Origin: Moheibacter lacus
GTDB lineage: Bacteria > Bacteroidota > Bacteroidia > Flavobacteriales > Weeksellaceae
DNA: 64,000 nt
Direction of reading: 5' to 3'
NCBI GenBank assembly: GCA_040392505.1
Contig: JBEBVY010000002.1
Coordinates: 21,129 to 85,128, forward strand
Shown here: piece after piece, positions 1 through 10,134 of the stretch
Numbering within the stretch: the stretch's first letter is position 1
How the letters are laid out: every line of letters starts with the position of its first letter
Notes under the pieces: model-generated
Told to the model about the DNA's origin: nothing
What the model saw: only the letters and a program-made list of their open reading frames with translations
Database searches by the model: none
Position numbers and translations under genes: made by a program

Positions 1-436
1 CAAAAGCATCATTTACATAAATATCACCTAAATCGGCCAGTTTTTGAGCGAATTCTTTATCCCCTTTTTCTTCTTCCGGATGAAACCGGACATTTTCCAA
101 CAACAAAACTTCGCCCGGTTTTAAATCGGCAGCTTTTTTTTGAGCATCTTCACCTATCACATCTTCAGCGACCATAACCTCAACTCCTAAAATTTCGGAC
201 ACTTTAGCCGCTATGTGTTTGAGTGAAAATTTATCTTCAAAACCATTTTTTGGACGTCCCAAATGTGTCATCAGAATAGCAGATCCTCCATCGTTTAAAA
301 TCTTTTGTATAGTGGGTTTTGCAGCCTGAATTCTGGTGTCGTCTGTAACATTTAGATTTTCATCCTGCGGCACGTTAAAATCTACCCGGATAAGAGCTTT
401 TTTACCTGAAAAATTAAAATCGTCTATTGTCTTCAT
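1..436 (-). CDS. pgk: Phosphoglycerate kinase, N-terminal part (runs off the window edge)
   Basis: Manual reverse translation from ATG at 436 gives [26 protein letters not shown]...DDTRI...LMTHLGRP, the classic PGK N-terminal motifs. Not in the supplied ORF track because it is truncated. Confidence 0.95.
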   Translation of the reverse strand, partial: MKTIDDFNFSGKKALIRVDFNVPQDENLNVTDDTRIQAAKPTIQKILNDGGSAILMTHLGRPKNGFEDKFSLKHIAAKVSEILGVEVMVAEDVIGEDAQKKAADLKPGEVLLLENVRFHPEEEKGDKEFAQKLADLGDIYVNDAF

Positions 437-946
437 TTGGAATTAAATTTGTTGAAAGCAAAAATAGAAGATTTCTCAATCCGAACCATTTTTAGTTGTC
501 CACATTTATATTATCATCATTATATTATTTTTAAATTTTAAAAAAGAAATATTGATATATATATATACACTGTTAATTTGTGGATAATTAAAATGATAAT
601 AATTTTATGGATACGGCATTAACAATTATTTATCCGTAATTTTGTTTTGAAATGAATGATTTAGAACGTTATCAACAAAATTTGTTGATTGTTAAAATCT
701 GAGATTTTTGATAAATTGAGACTTGAAAACTATCAATAAGTACGTTGAAAATTTTCATGCCAGAATCACAACTTTTACTTGATTTTAATTAAAAATTTTC
801 TAATCAAAAACTGAAAATTAAAAAGCAAGTTGATAAGTCAAAAATCAATAAAAAGTAATGGGTAGTTTATTAACATTTACTTTACATTACCTAAACATTG
901 ATTTATAATTAGTTAAAGAATTTAAGGAAATTTAGTTGTTAACAGA
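437..946. other. Putative replication origin (oriC)
   Basis: Long, very AT-rich gap. Perfect DnaA box TGTGGATAA at 579-587; near matches TTGTCCACA 496-504, TTATCAACA 669-677, TTATCCGTA 630-638, AGTTGATAA 828-836, TTATTAACA 867-875. AT-rich stretch about 505-567. parS sites 10-12 kb away. Confidence 0.7.
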
Positions 947-1375
947 ATGAAAATAGCCATCGGAGCAGACCATGCAGGGTTCCATTATAAGGAGAAATTA
1001 GTGAAGCATTTAACAGACAAAGGAATTGAAGTTCAGGATTTTGGAACGTTTTCAACAGACTCTGTTGATTTCCCTGATTTTGCTCATCCGACTGCCGAAG
1101 CCGTGGAAAAAGGAAACGCCGATTTCGGAATTCTGCTTTGCGGAAGTGGACAAGGTGTAAATATGACGGCCAATAAACACCGGGGAGTTCGTTCGGCACT
1201 TTGTTGGAATACGGATATTGCCAGACTGACCCGTCAACACAACAATGCCAATATCATTGCGCTTCCTGCCCGATTTGTAGCATATGAATATGCTGTGGAA
1301 ATGGTTGAAATTTTCCTGAACACTGAATTTGAAGGGGGACGGCATGAAAAGCGGATCGGAAAAATTCCGTGCTAA
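947..1375 (+). CDS. rpiB: Ribose-5-phosphate isomerase B
   Basis: MKIAIGADHAG, CGSGQG, RQHNNAN and FEGGRH motifs. Confidence 0.96.
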   Translation: MKIAIGADHAGFHYKEKLVKHLTDKGIEVQDFGTFSTDSVDFPDFAHPTAEAVEKGNADFGILLCGSGQGVNMTANKHRGVRSALCWNTDIARLTRQHNNANIIALPARFVAYEYAVEMVEIFLNTEFEGGRHEKRIGKIPC

Positions 1376-1419
1376 AAAAAGTGCATCCCAAATGCGCTTC
1401 TCATTATACATATAAAAGT

Positions 1420-3582
1420 ATGTCAAAACGAAAATTTAGTTCAAAAAATAAAAGAACGACTTCAGGAAAGTACACCAAACAAATCATAGAAATTTTGTTT
1501 AATAATCCCGAAAAACCTCAAAACTATAAGCAAATTGCTGCTGCTCTAAAATTAACAAATCGAATCGATAAAGAAATACTGATCAAAGATTTACAGGCTT
1601 TACTGGCCGATAAAAAGATCAAGGAAATGGATCGTGGAAAATTTAAAATAAATGCTGAGCGCGATTATTTAATAGGAACGATCGATGTCACCCAAAGCGG
1701 TTCTGCTTATGTAACTGTGGAAGGTTTGGAACAAGATATTTTTATATCCAAAAACAAAAAGAAAAATGCACTGCAAGGCGATTTGGTCAGGATTTATCTG
1801 TATCCCAAAGCAAAAGGAAAATCCCAAAAACCGGAAGGCGAAGTCATCGATATAGTAAAACGTTTCAAAACGCGTTATACCGGAATTTTCCAACCTCAAC
1901 CCAGTGGAAAATATGGTTTTGTCGTGATGGACAATCGTTCTATTCATGTAGATTTCTATGTTCCTAAAGACAAATTTAACGGAGCAGAAGACGGAGACAA
2001 AGTGGTTGTGGAACTTAAGGACTGGCCCGATGAAGCCGATAGTCCTTTTGGAGAAATTTTGGAAGTTTTGGGTCGGCCAGATGAGACCAGTACGGAAATG
2101 CACGCCATTTTACTCGATTATAATTTACCCGATAAATTTCCTGAAGAAGTGGAATTGGAAGCCAAAGAATTGGATGTGGAAATCCATGAAGAAGAAATCC
2201 GCTCCAACCGGCGCGATATGCGTGATGTAGTAACCTTTACAATAGATCCGAAAGATGCCAAAGATTTTGATGATGCTTTGTCCATCCGAAAACTCGAAAA
2301 CGGAAACTGGGAAATAGGTGTTCACATTGCCGATGTAACGCATTACGTCCGCCCCGGAACCCTTTTGGAACAAGAAGCCTACAACCGCGCAACTTCGGTC
2401 TATCTTGTGGACAGAGTCGTTCCGATGCTCCCTGAAAATTTAAGTAACGTTGCTTGTTCACTTCGTCCGAATGAAGACAAATACACTTTTTCAGCCGTTT
2501 TTGAAATGGATGAAAACACCAAAGTTCTGAACGAATGGTACGGTAGAACTGCTACCCATTCCAACCGAAGATTTACCTACGAAGAAGCACAGGAAATTAT
2601 TGAGGGTGCAGATGGTGATTTCAAAGATGAAATTTTGACCTTGGATAAATTGGCTAAAATATTACGAAAAGACCGCATGAAAGCCGGAGCCATTACATTT
2701 GACAAGGTTGAAGTAAAATTCGAGCTGGATGAAAACGACAATCCAATTGGGACTTATTTCAAAATGAGCAAAGATTCCAATCATTTGATTGAAGAATTTA
2801 TGTTGCTGTGTAACCGAAAGGTTTCTGAATTTGTTTCGACCGACAAAAATAAAAAACCCAACAACAATACCTTTGTTTATAGGGTTCATGACGATCCGGA
2901 TCCCGCTAAATTGCAGGATTTGAAACTATTCATCAAACAATTTGGTTATACCCTTGATTTGCGTGACCGTATGTCTGTAACCAAATCCATGAACCAATTA
3001 CTGGCAGATGTGAAAGGAAAACCGGAAGAAAATCTCATTGAAACACTGGCGGTGCGGACCATGAGCAAGGCCAAATATTCGACAGAAAATGATGTGGGAC
3101 ATTATGGTTTGGCATTTCAATATTATTCACATTTCACCTCTCCCATCCGCCGTTATCCGGACATGATGGCGCACAGGCTTTTGCAACATTACCTGGATGG
3201 TGGAAAATCGCCGGCTGCAGCACCGATCGAAGAAAAATGTATCCACAGTTCGGCACGAGAAAAACTGGCCACAGAAGCAGAAAGAGATTCTATCAAATTC
3301 ATGCAGGTCAAATACATGTCACAATTTGTAGGTGAAGAATTTTATGGCTTCATCACGGGTGTTCAGGAATACGGAATTTTTGTGGAAATCCCGGAAACAC
3401 GTTGTGAAGGAATGATAAGGCTGAGAAATATGGAATCTGATTCCTTCTATTTTGACGAAAAAAATTATTCAATCATTGGAAGAAAAACAGGAACCACCTA
3501 TCAGTTAGGTGACAAAGTAATGATTCGCGTAGCCAAAGCCGATTTACGAAACAAACAATTGGATTTTGAGTTGTTAGGTTAA
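1420..3582 (+). CDS. rnr: Ribonuclease R
   Basis: TIDPKDAKDFDDA catalytic motif, YSHFTSPIRRYPD, C-terminal S1 domain. Start placed at ATG 1420 (MSKRK) rather than 1369. Confidence 0.95.
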   Translation: MSKRKFSSKNKRTTSGKYTKQIIEILFNNPEKPQNYKQIAAALKLTNRIDKEILIKDLQALLADKKIKEMDRGKFKINAERDYLIGTIDVTQSGSAYVTVEGLEQDIFISKNKKKNALQGDLVRIYLYPKAKGKSQKPEGEVIDIVKRFKTRYTGIFQPQPSGKYGFVVMDNRSIHVDFYVPKDKFNGAEDGDKVVVELKDWPDEADSPFGEILEVLGRPDETSTEMHAILLDYNLPDKFPEEVELEAKELDVEIHEEEIRSNRRDMRDVVTFTIDPKDAKDFDDALSIRKLENGNWEIGVHIADVTHYVRPGTLLEQEAYNRATSVYLVDRVVPMLPENLSNVACSLRPNEDKYTFSAVFEMDENTKVLNEWYGRTATHSNRRFTYEEAQEIIEGADGDFKDEILTLDKLAKILRKDRMKAGAITFDKVEVKFELDENDNPIGTYFKMSKDSNHLIEEFMLLCNRKVSEFVSTDKNKKPNNNTFVYRVHDDPDPAKLQDLKLFIKQFGYTLDLRDRMSVTKSMNQLLADVKGKPEENLIETLAVRTMSKAKYSTENDVGHYGLAFQYYSHFTSPIRRYPDMMAHRLLQHYLDGGKSPAAAPIEEKCIHSSAREKLATEAERDSIKFMQVKYMSQFVGEEFYGFITGVQEYGIFVEIPETRCEGMIRLRNMESDSFYFDEKNYSIIGRKTGTTYQLGDKVMIRVAKADLRNKQLDFELLG

Positions 3583-3604
3583 TTCTTATTAACTTGCAAC
3601 CAGA

Positions 3605-4276
3605 ATGGAATTGGTTACTTCTGCCATACTGATAGGAATACTTCTCAGTCTGATACTTATCGGGCCCGTTTTCTTTATGTTGCTTGAAACCAGCGTATCA
3701 CGAGGATGGAAAGCGGCGATTACGTTGGATTTGGGAGTGATAACGGCAGATATTTTATGTATTTCGGTTGCCTACTTTGGAAGTAAAGATTTGGCCTTGG
3801 CCATCCAAAATAACCCTTCGATTTATATTTTTGGCGGGTTTTTTATTTTGATATACGGTATGGTGATGTTCATTTCCAAACCCAATTTCAAGATGCGTAA
3901 TATTCATCTAATCAATCAAAATTATTTCAAAACATTTATGAACGGCTTTTTGCTGAACATTTTGAATATCGGAGTGATTGTTTTCTGGTTTTTCATTGTC
4001 AGCACCATTGTTATTCAATATCCCAAAGAAGAAGATACGCTGTTGTATATGTCGATTGTTTTGGGAACTTTTTTCTGTATCGATTTAGGAAAGATTTTTC
4101 TTGCACAGAAAGTCAAAGAAAGTTTTACGATTAGAAGGATTTTCTGGTTCAAAAAAACAATTGGGTTTATCCTGATGATTTTTGGAATCATTGTGATCAT
4201 GAAAGGATTCGGTGCTTTTGATAAAATCGATCAACGAATCGAAAACCAAATCCAGAAAGGCGTTTCGCATGAATGA
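3605..4276 (+). CDS. LysE family translocator
   Basis: IGPVFFMLLE N-terminal motif, NGFLLNILN, multiple TM helices. Confidence 0.8.
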   Translation: MELVTSAILIGILLSLILIGPVFFMLLETSVSRGWKAAITLDLGVITADILCISVAYFGSKDLALAIQNNPSIYIFGGFFILIYGMVMFISKPNFKMRNIHLINQNYFKTFMNGFLLNILNIGVIVFWFFIVSTIVIQYPKEEDTLLYMSIVLGTFFCIDLGKIFLAQKVKESFTIRRIFWFKKTIGFILMIFGIIVIMKGFGAFDKIDQRIENQIQKGVSHE

Positions 4277-5266
4277 TCATTCTTTCAATGCAGACTGAAT
4301 TTTTTCCAAAACGCTTTCTTCTGAGATATTCTCAAAATAATCCGTTTTCTTAGCATTTTTGGACTCTTTTCCAAACACCGAAGTTGGGCGCTGCGCAAGC
4401 GATTCGTCCTGAATGACATCATCCATCGATTGTCCATAACCCAAAAATCCCATAAAAGGATGCGTATTTCCCCAAATGGAAATCACACGGGTTCCCGCAA
4501 GCGAGGCCAGATGCATATTGGCCGAATCCATGGAAACCATCAGCTTTAGTTTTTTGATCAATTCTAATTCTTCTTTCAGGCTGAATTTACCTGCAACCGA
4601 AACGATATTTGGATTTAATTTTTCCCAATTCTCCAATTCTTCCGCCTCATTCTTTCCTCCAAACAAATATACTTTCACGCCATTCTCTGCTATTTTTAAA
4701 GCGATTGAGCGCATTTTTTCCGGCGGATACATTTTGCCCTCATACATCGCAAAAGGAGCGATTCCGATCGCGTTTTCTTTGGTTTCCCTATTTTCGGGTA
4801 ATTTATGGGACAAATTCAGTTCATAGCCCAAACTCCGAAAAACGTCGGCATACCTTTCCGGCATGGGTTTAATCGGTTTTTTGATTTTATTTTCCTTTCG
4901 GATGAGTGCCTTTCGTTCCTCTCTTCCTTTGTCCAGCGATGCGGATTTTCGGACAGAAACTAATTTTCGCAATATTTGGGTTCTCAGCACATTGTGTAAA
5001 TCTACAATGGCCTCAAATTCAAATTGGTTGAGCTCTTTGGCCAATTGGGCCAACCCGAAAATTCCTTTGTGTTTTCCCGTTAAATCTGCCGTATAAAAAT
5101 CTAAATTTTGAATTCCTTCAAAAAGTGGTTTGAATTTTTCGCGTGAAAGAAACAGGATTTTCGTTTCCGGATTTTGCCGTAAAAATTCCCGAACGACCGG
5201 AACGGTCATGGCGACGTCTCCCAAGGCACTGAAACGCATCAACAACAGGGTTTTTTTAGGGCTCAT
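4277..5266 (-). CDS. Glycosyltransferase family 9 (heptosyltransferase-like)
   Basis: RFSALGDV, DLHNVLRT and MDSANMHLAS motifs. Confidence 0.9.
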   Translation of the reverse strand: MSPKKTLLLMRFSALGDVAMTVPVVREFLRQNPETKILFLSREKFKPLFEGIQNLDFYTADLTGKHKGIFGLAQLAKELNQFEFEAIVDLHNVLRTQILRKLVSVRKSASLDKGREERKALIRKENKIKKPIKPMPERYADVFRSLGYELNLSHKLPENRETKENAIGIAPFAMYEGKMYPPEKMRSIALKIAENGVKVYLFGGKNEAEELENWEKLNPNIVSVAGKFSLKEELELIKKLKLMVSMDSANMHLASLAGTRVISIWGNTHPFMGFLGYGQSMDDVIQDESLAQRPTSVFGKESKNAKKTDYFENISEESVLEKIQSALKE

Positions 5267-7157
5267 TTCGGGATTTTTCTATGGTTATTTCATCCTTTTC
5301 CCCGATCATCCTTAAATTTTTTCCTTCTTTTAATTTCAAACGTATTTTTTCGATTTCTTCTCTTGAAACCGAAATATACTCCTCCAGATTATGGGTATAT
5401 TTGGATAATTTTTTGAGCGAAGCGCGGTCTGCCAGTTTGAAGATTTCTCCTTGACGGACAGCATCTTCATGATCCCAACCCAATTCTTCCAACGCATCTA
5501 CTCCTACTTCTATGGCCGTAAAAAAGGTTTCCCGATACACTTTATCATAGCCTTTATTTAGATAATCATAAGCATCATAACGATTTCTGGAACGAATGAG
5601 GATTTTCAAATGTGGAAAATTATGCTTGACCAATTCCACTAATTTTTTGTTGACTTCTGTCGGATCAATCGCGGCAATCAGCAAATCCGCTTCGTCTGCT
5701 TTAACAGCTTTCAGCGTATTGAGATTGGTTGCATCGCCAAAATAAACATTGTACCCAAGTTTTCGCAATAATTCTACCCGCTCACTGTCATTATCCAAAA
5801 CCGTTGCTTTGAATCCACTGTATTTGATAATCCTACCCACTGTATTTCCAAAATCCCCATAGCCGGCAATGATGACTTTTTTATCAGCCAAATCCCCAAA
5901 ATCATATTCCAGGTCATCTTCATATCCGCCTGCTTTGATTTTTTTCATACCCATCAGCGGAGCAATCCATTTCTCATTGACAATCAATAATATAGGAGTG
6001 ACAGCCATGGTAATCGCAGTGGTAGCCAACAATAAATCTACCCAATGTTTCGGAATTAATTGCAGTTGGTTGCTGATATTTAAAATCACAAAAGCAAATT
6101 CACCCACTTGGGACAACAGGATGGCGAACAATAAGTTTTGATTCAGTTTTAATTTAAATACCCAACCGGCAATCATCAGCACAATTCCTTTTAAAATCAT
6201 AATTCCCAATACAAGAAAAACAATAGTCAAAGGTTCATTGAGGATTAATCTGAAGTTGATTGTAGAGCCGACGGCAATAAAGAATACGCCCAAAAGTAAA
6301 GCTTTAAAAGGCTCAATATCGCTTTCCAATTGGTGTTTAAATTCGCTGTTGGCCAAAGTCATTCCGGCCATAAAAGCACCCAAAGCAGGGCTTAATCCCA
6401 CGTAATTCATCAGCACCGAAACGCCGATAACCAGCATCAAAGCAAATGAAGTAAACAATTCTCTTACCTGTAAACGCGCGATGTATTTAAAAAATGGATT
6501 TACGATATAATTCCCGACAAAAAAGATCAGACCAATGGCCGATATAATCGCCAAGGTTTTCATCCATCCCGGAGCACCGTCCAAAAGGGTATGATGGTCA
6601 CCATAGGTAACAATGGTTGATTTTACTGCCAAAAGCGGTAGAAAGGCCAGAATCGGGATGACCATGATGTCCTGAAATACGAGTACGGAAAAACTGGATT
6701 TGCCACAGGGTGTTTGGGTGAGTCCCTTTTCAGAAAGGGTTTGCAAAATAATCGCAGTAGATGACATGGCAACGGCCACACCAATAGCTACAGAAGCGCC
6801 AAAATCTAACCCTAAAAAAAGGAGACAAATGGGGGCGACAATGAGCAATGTCCCAAAAAGCTGAATGCTTCCTATACCCATTACTTTTTTTCGCATTTTC
6901 CAGAATTCTTTGGGATCCAGCTCCAGCCCCACGAGGAAAAGCATCATTACAACGCCAAATTCGGCGGCGTGCATGATGTCTTCTACCTCCTCTCCGGTTG
7001 AGGTTCCAAGTACAGGTCCCAAAATAAAAGGACCGATTAAAACCCCTGCAAACAAATACCCCAAAACGGACCCCAACCCCAATCGTTTGGCAATAGGGAC
7101 ACAAACCACTGCTGCGAACAAATAAATAAAGGCTTGGAACATTGAAAATTCACCCAT
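5256..7157 (-). CDS. CPA2-family K+/H+ antiporter (KefB/KefC-like) with TrkA-N domain
   Basis: AEFGVVMMLFLVGLEL, SSTAI, FQDI, LESDIEPFK; C-terminal IIAGYGDFG KTN domain. Confidence 0.9.
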   Translation of the reverse strand: MGEFSMFQAFIYLFAAVVCVPIAKRLGLGSVLGYLFAGVLIGPFILGPVLGTSTGEEVEDIMHAAEFGVVMMLFLVGLELDPKEFWKMRKKVMGIGSIQLFGTLLIVAPICLLFLGLDFGASVAIGVAVAMSSTAIILQTLSEKGLTQTPCGKSSFSVLVFQDIMVIPILAFLPLLAVKSTIVTYGDHHTLLDGAPGWMKTLAIISAIGLIFFVGNYIVNPFFKYIARLQVRELFTSFALMLVIGVSVLMNYVGLSPALGAFMAGMTLANSEFKHQLESDIEPFKALLLGVFFIAVGSTINFRLILNEPLTIVFLVLGIMILKGIVLMIAGWVFKLKLNQNLLFAILLSQVGEFAFVILNISNQLQLIPKHWVDLLLATTAITMAVTPILLIVNEKWIAPLMGMKKIKAGGYEDDLEYDFGDLADKKVIIAGYGDFGNTVGRIIKYSGFKATVLDNDSERVELLRKLGYNVYFGDATNLNTLKAVKADEADLLIAAIDPTEVNKKLVELVKHNFPHLKILIRSRNRYDAYDYLNKGYDKVYRETFFTAIEVGVDALEELGWDHEDAVRQGEIFKLADRASLKKLSKYTHNLEEYISVSREEIEKIRLKLKEGKNLRMIGEKDEITIEKSRNEP

Positions 7158-7159
7158 AA

Positions 7160-7585
7160 TCAGCTTCTGTTTTTGGATTGGAAAGCGATTGCATAAAACT
7201 TAAATTGTTTAATCATGGCCAGCAAACCGTTGGCGCGCGTGGGTGAGAGAAATTCCTGTAATCCTATTTTTTCGATAAAATCAGTTGAAGAATTTAAAAT
7301 ATCCACAGGCTTTTGGTTGCTATAAATTCGAACAAGCAAAGCAGCCAGGCCTTTGGGTAAAATTGCATCACTGTCTGCTTCAAAAACCAATTGATTATCT
7401 TCCATTTTTGCGTCCAGCCAAACGGTTGACTGACAGCCTTTTATTATTTTGTCATCCGATTTTTTTTCGTCAGGTAATGATTTCAGAGATTTGCCCAGTT
7501 CTATTAAAAATTCGTATCGTTCTTCCCAGTTATCAAAGAAAGAAAACTCTTCGATAATTTCGTTTTGGATTTCTTCTATGGTCAT
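7160..7585 (-). CDS. sufE: SufE family cysteine desulfuration protein
   Basis: WEERYEFLIELGK, IKGCQSTVW, ADSDA, LSPTRANGL. Confidence 0.92.
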   Translation of the reverse strand: MTIEEIQNEIIEEFSFFDNWEERYEFLIELGKSLKSLPDEKKSDDKIIKGCQSTVWLDAKMEDNQLVFEADSDAILPKGLAALLVRIYSNQKPVDILNSSTDFIEKIGLQEFLSPTRANGLLAMIKQFKFYAIAFQSKNRS

Positions 7586-7677
7586 TTTACAAAGATAATT
7601 ATTTTGAAAATTAAATGGTTTGAAGAGTTGAATTTGATAATTTTGCTTGAATTTATCTAACAGAATTTGTCCCGGAC

Positions 7678-8622
7678 ATGAAAATTTTAGCGCTCGATAC
7701 CAACCATGAACTTTTGATCACCGGTTTGAGAAATGCCGGTTTTCAGGTCGATGAAAATTACCAATCCTCTAAAGAAGAAATCCAAAAAATAATTTCGGAC
7801 TATGAGGGAATTATCATCAGAAGCCGTTTTCCGTTGGACAAAGAATTTCTTACCCATGCAAAAAAATTGAAATTCATAGGAAGAGTCGGTGCGGGATTGG
7901 AAAATGTGGACGAAGAATTTGCCGGCGAACTAAATATTGAGTTGTTCAATGCGCCTGAAGGAAACCGCGATTCGGTTGCGGAACATGCAATCGGAATGCT
8001 TTTGATGTTGCTTCACCGATTAAAAATTGCCGATTACGAAGTCCGAAACGGCATCTGGAAACGGGAAGAAAACCGCGGCGACGAATTGATGGGCAAAACA
8101 GTGGGAATCGTCGGATATGGCAATATGGGAAAGGCTTTTGCGCAAAGGTTAAAAGGATTTGGCGTGGAAGCGATTTGTTATGATATTTTGGAAAATTTAG
8201 GAGATGAAAATGCGTGGCAGGTTTCATTGGAGGAATTATTTGACAAAGCCGAAATTTTGAGTTTGCACACACCTCAAACACCACAAACCACCCGAATGGT
8301 CGATAAAGACTTCATAGAATCTTTCCGGAATTCTTTTTATTTGATCAATACGGCAAGAGGAAAATCCGTTGTCACAAAAGATTTGGTGGACGCCTTGGTT
8401 TCAGGCAAAGTGAAAGGTGCCTGTCTGGACGTGCATGAGTACGAGAAATCTTCATTTGAAAATTTGCTTTTGGAGGAAATACCGGAAGACTTTCGATATT
8501 TATTGGAATCCGAAAAAGTCATCTTAGCCCCGCACATCGCCGGATGGACGCATCAAAGCAAAGAAAAGCTCGCGCAGGTTATTTTGAATAAAATTTTGGA
8601 TTGGAAGCAAAAAATTGGTTAA
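7678..8622 (+). CDS. D-isomer-specific 2-hydroxyacid dehydrogenase (SerA-like)
   Basis: RVGAGLENVD, GIVGYGNMG Rossmann motif, INTARG, LDVHEYE, PHIAG. Confidence 0.88.
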   Translation: MKILALDTNHELLITGLRNAGFQVDENYQSSKEEIQKIISDYEGIIIRSRFPLDKEFLTHAKKLKFIGRVGAGLENVDEEFAGELNIELFNAPEGNRDSVAEHAIGMLLMLLHRLKIADYEVRNGIWKREENRGDELMGKTVGIVGYGNMGKAFAQRLKGFGVEAICYDILENLGDENAWQVSLEELFDKAEILSLHTPQTPQTTRMVDKDFIESFRNSFYLINTARGKSVVTKDLVDALVSGKVKGACLDVHEYEKSSFENLLLEEIPEDFRYLLESEKVILAPHIAGWTHQSKEKLAQVILNKILDWKQKIG

Positions 8623-8638
8623 ACTTGCAAAATATTTC

Positions 8639-8712
8639 GGGGATGTAGCTCAGTTGGCTAGAGCGTTAGACTGGCAGTCTAAAGGTCGTGGGTTCGAGCC
8701 CCATCTTCTCCA
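8639..8712 (+). tRNA. tRNA-Ala (anticodon GGC)
   Basis: Cloverleaf GGGGATG...TAGCTCAGTTGGCTAGAGC; anticodon arm TTAGA-CTGGCAG-TCTAA; T arm GTGGG-TTCGAGC-CCCAT; G3:U70 Ala identity pair; CCA not encoded. Confidence 0.95.
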
Positions 8713-8713
8713 C

Positions 8714-8749
8714 AAAAAAAGCCGTCTCGGTTTGACTGAGACGGCTTTT
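8714..8749. terminator. Bidirectional intrinsic terminator between the tRNA and the OmpA gene
   Basis: AAAAGCCGTCTCGG-TTTGA-CTGAGACGGCTTTT hairpin with A and T tails. Confidence 0.85.
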
Positions 8750-8770
8750 GTCGTTTTTGTGTAAAAATGG

Positions 8771-9469
8771 TTATTTTCCCGCTTGTTGTTGTGCGTCTTC
8801 CACCATTTTGTCGTTTGCGGTAATGGCAAACTCAACTCTACGGTTTTGAGCCCGTCCTTCATCTGTCTCATTTGTTGCGCGAGGATTGGTTTCTCCCTGT
8901 CCAATTGAAGAAAGCCGTGATGAAGCAATCCCTTTAGTTTTCAGATACGACACAACTGAAGCTGAGCGTCTTTCCGACAAGCCTTGATTGTATTGGTCAG
9001 AACCCTTACTGTCAGTAAATCCTACGACCAAAATATCGGTATCCGGATATTCATTAAAAACGCCCACTAACTTGTCCAAATTGGATTTTGCCAGTGTTGT
9101 CAAGTCTGATTTATCATATTCAAAACGAACATCTGATTGTTCATCCAAGATAACCTGAATACCTTCGGCGGTACGGATTACTTCGGCTCCGGGAAGTGTA
9201 TTTTCAATTTTTTGGGCTTGTTTGTCCATGTTGTTACCGATTAATCCTCCGGCAACACCACCAATTACTGCTCCGGCAATTGCGCCCAGAACGGCATTAT
9301 CTCCGCTTCCTACGTTATTTCCTAAAACGCCCCCGATTACTGCTCCTGAAGCAGCTCCCACGGCGGCCCCTCTTTGCGTGTGATTGGTGTTTTGTACCGC
9401 TTCACAACCGGTAAAAAGCAAACCGGCCGTTAAGGCGATGGCTGTCATTTTTAAGTTCATATTTTTCAT
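8771..9469 (-). CDS. OmpA family lipoprotein with glycine-zipper region
   Basis: Lipobox LFTGC, GAAVGAASGAVIGG zipper, GFTDSKG...LSERR...NRRVE OmpA C-terminal domain. Confidence 0.92.
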   Translation of the reverse strand: MKNMNLKMTAIALTAGLLFTGCEAVQNTNHTQRGAAVGAASGAVIGGVLGNNVGSGDNAVLGAIAGAVIGGVAGGLIGNNMDKQAQKIENTLPGAEVIRTAEGIQVILDEQSDVRFEYDKSDLTTLAKSNLDKLVGVFNEYPDTDILVVGFTDSKGSDQYNQGLSERRSASVVSYLKTKGIASSRLSSIGQGETNPRATNETDEGRAQNRRVEFAITANDKMVEDAQQQAGK

Positions 9470-9487
9470 AACGAAATTAGTTTTTTA

Positions 9488-10018
9488 TTAAGAATTTTTT
9501 TGAAATGTATAATTTACACTGATAGGTTTTCCCTCAAACATAAGGTCTTGAACCAAAACGATAGTTGACCCCGTGTTGGCAGATACCCTCATTTTGTAAC
9601 CATCTACAACGTTTTTCGGCCTTTCTCCTTCATAGATTTTTTTAAAGTTAAAATAGCTTTCACCACCCTCTTCCGTTATAAACCATTTGATTTTGGTAGT
9701 TCCGGATGGGCAGTCACTACCTGCATTCAAGGTATAATTTCCGGTTGCATTGTTTTGAACCAAATGCCAGGTGCTTCCCACATAACATTGGGTGTCGGCC
9801 TCATCAAAAACCGTAATATCTACATAGGATTGCTCGATGCCATTTACAGATACATTTGTTATCGTCCAATCTCCGCGCATTAATTTTGCGCTGTCTGCTA
9901 CCGCCTTAGAGTTGGTGCAGGAATACATAAAAGAGAGCGAGAATACAAAAATAAATAGAATGCCTTTTCCCGTATTCCATTTAAGTGAACGTCCGGGTCG
10001 TGTAATCATTAATTCCAT
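9488..10018 (-). CDS. Lipocalin-like lipoprotein
   Basis: Lipobox FMYSC, GDW motif, beta-rich; directly upstream of the OmpA gene. Confidence 0.65.
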   Translation of the reverse strand: MELMITRPGRSLKWNTGKGILFIFVFSLSFMYSCTNSKAVADSAKLMRGDWTITNVSVNGIEQSYVDITVFDEADTQCYVGSTWHLVQNNATGNYTLNAGSDCPSGTTKIKWFITEEGGESYFNFKKIYEGERPKNVVDGYKMRVSANTGSTIVLVQDLMFEGKPISVNYTFQKNS

Positions 10019-10053
10019 AGTTTTTCAATTTAATTAACAAATAAAAGAAATAT

Positions 10054-10069
10054 ACTCATTTTATGCCAA
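10054..10069 (-). promoter_or_regulatory. Possible sigma-54 (-24/-12) promoter
   Basis: Minus strand TTGGCATAAAATGAGT = GG-N10-GT, about 35 nt upstream of the lipocalin start codon. The -12 element is non-canonical. Confidence 0.35.
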
Positions 10070-10134
10070 GTTTCAGTGGTTATTAAATAAAAGACCAATC
10101 TGCGTGGCAAAACAAAAAAGGGCTTTAAATGCGC

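Noticed and set aside
8650-8928. 92-aa minus-strand ORF
   Set aside because: Overlaps the OmpA gene in another frame and the tRNA antisense (the WRRWGSNPRP pattern is typical of reverse-read tRNA).
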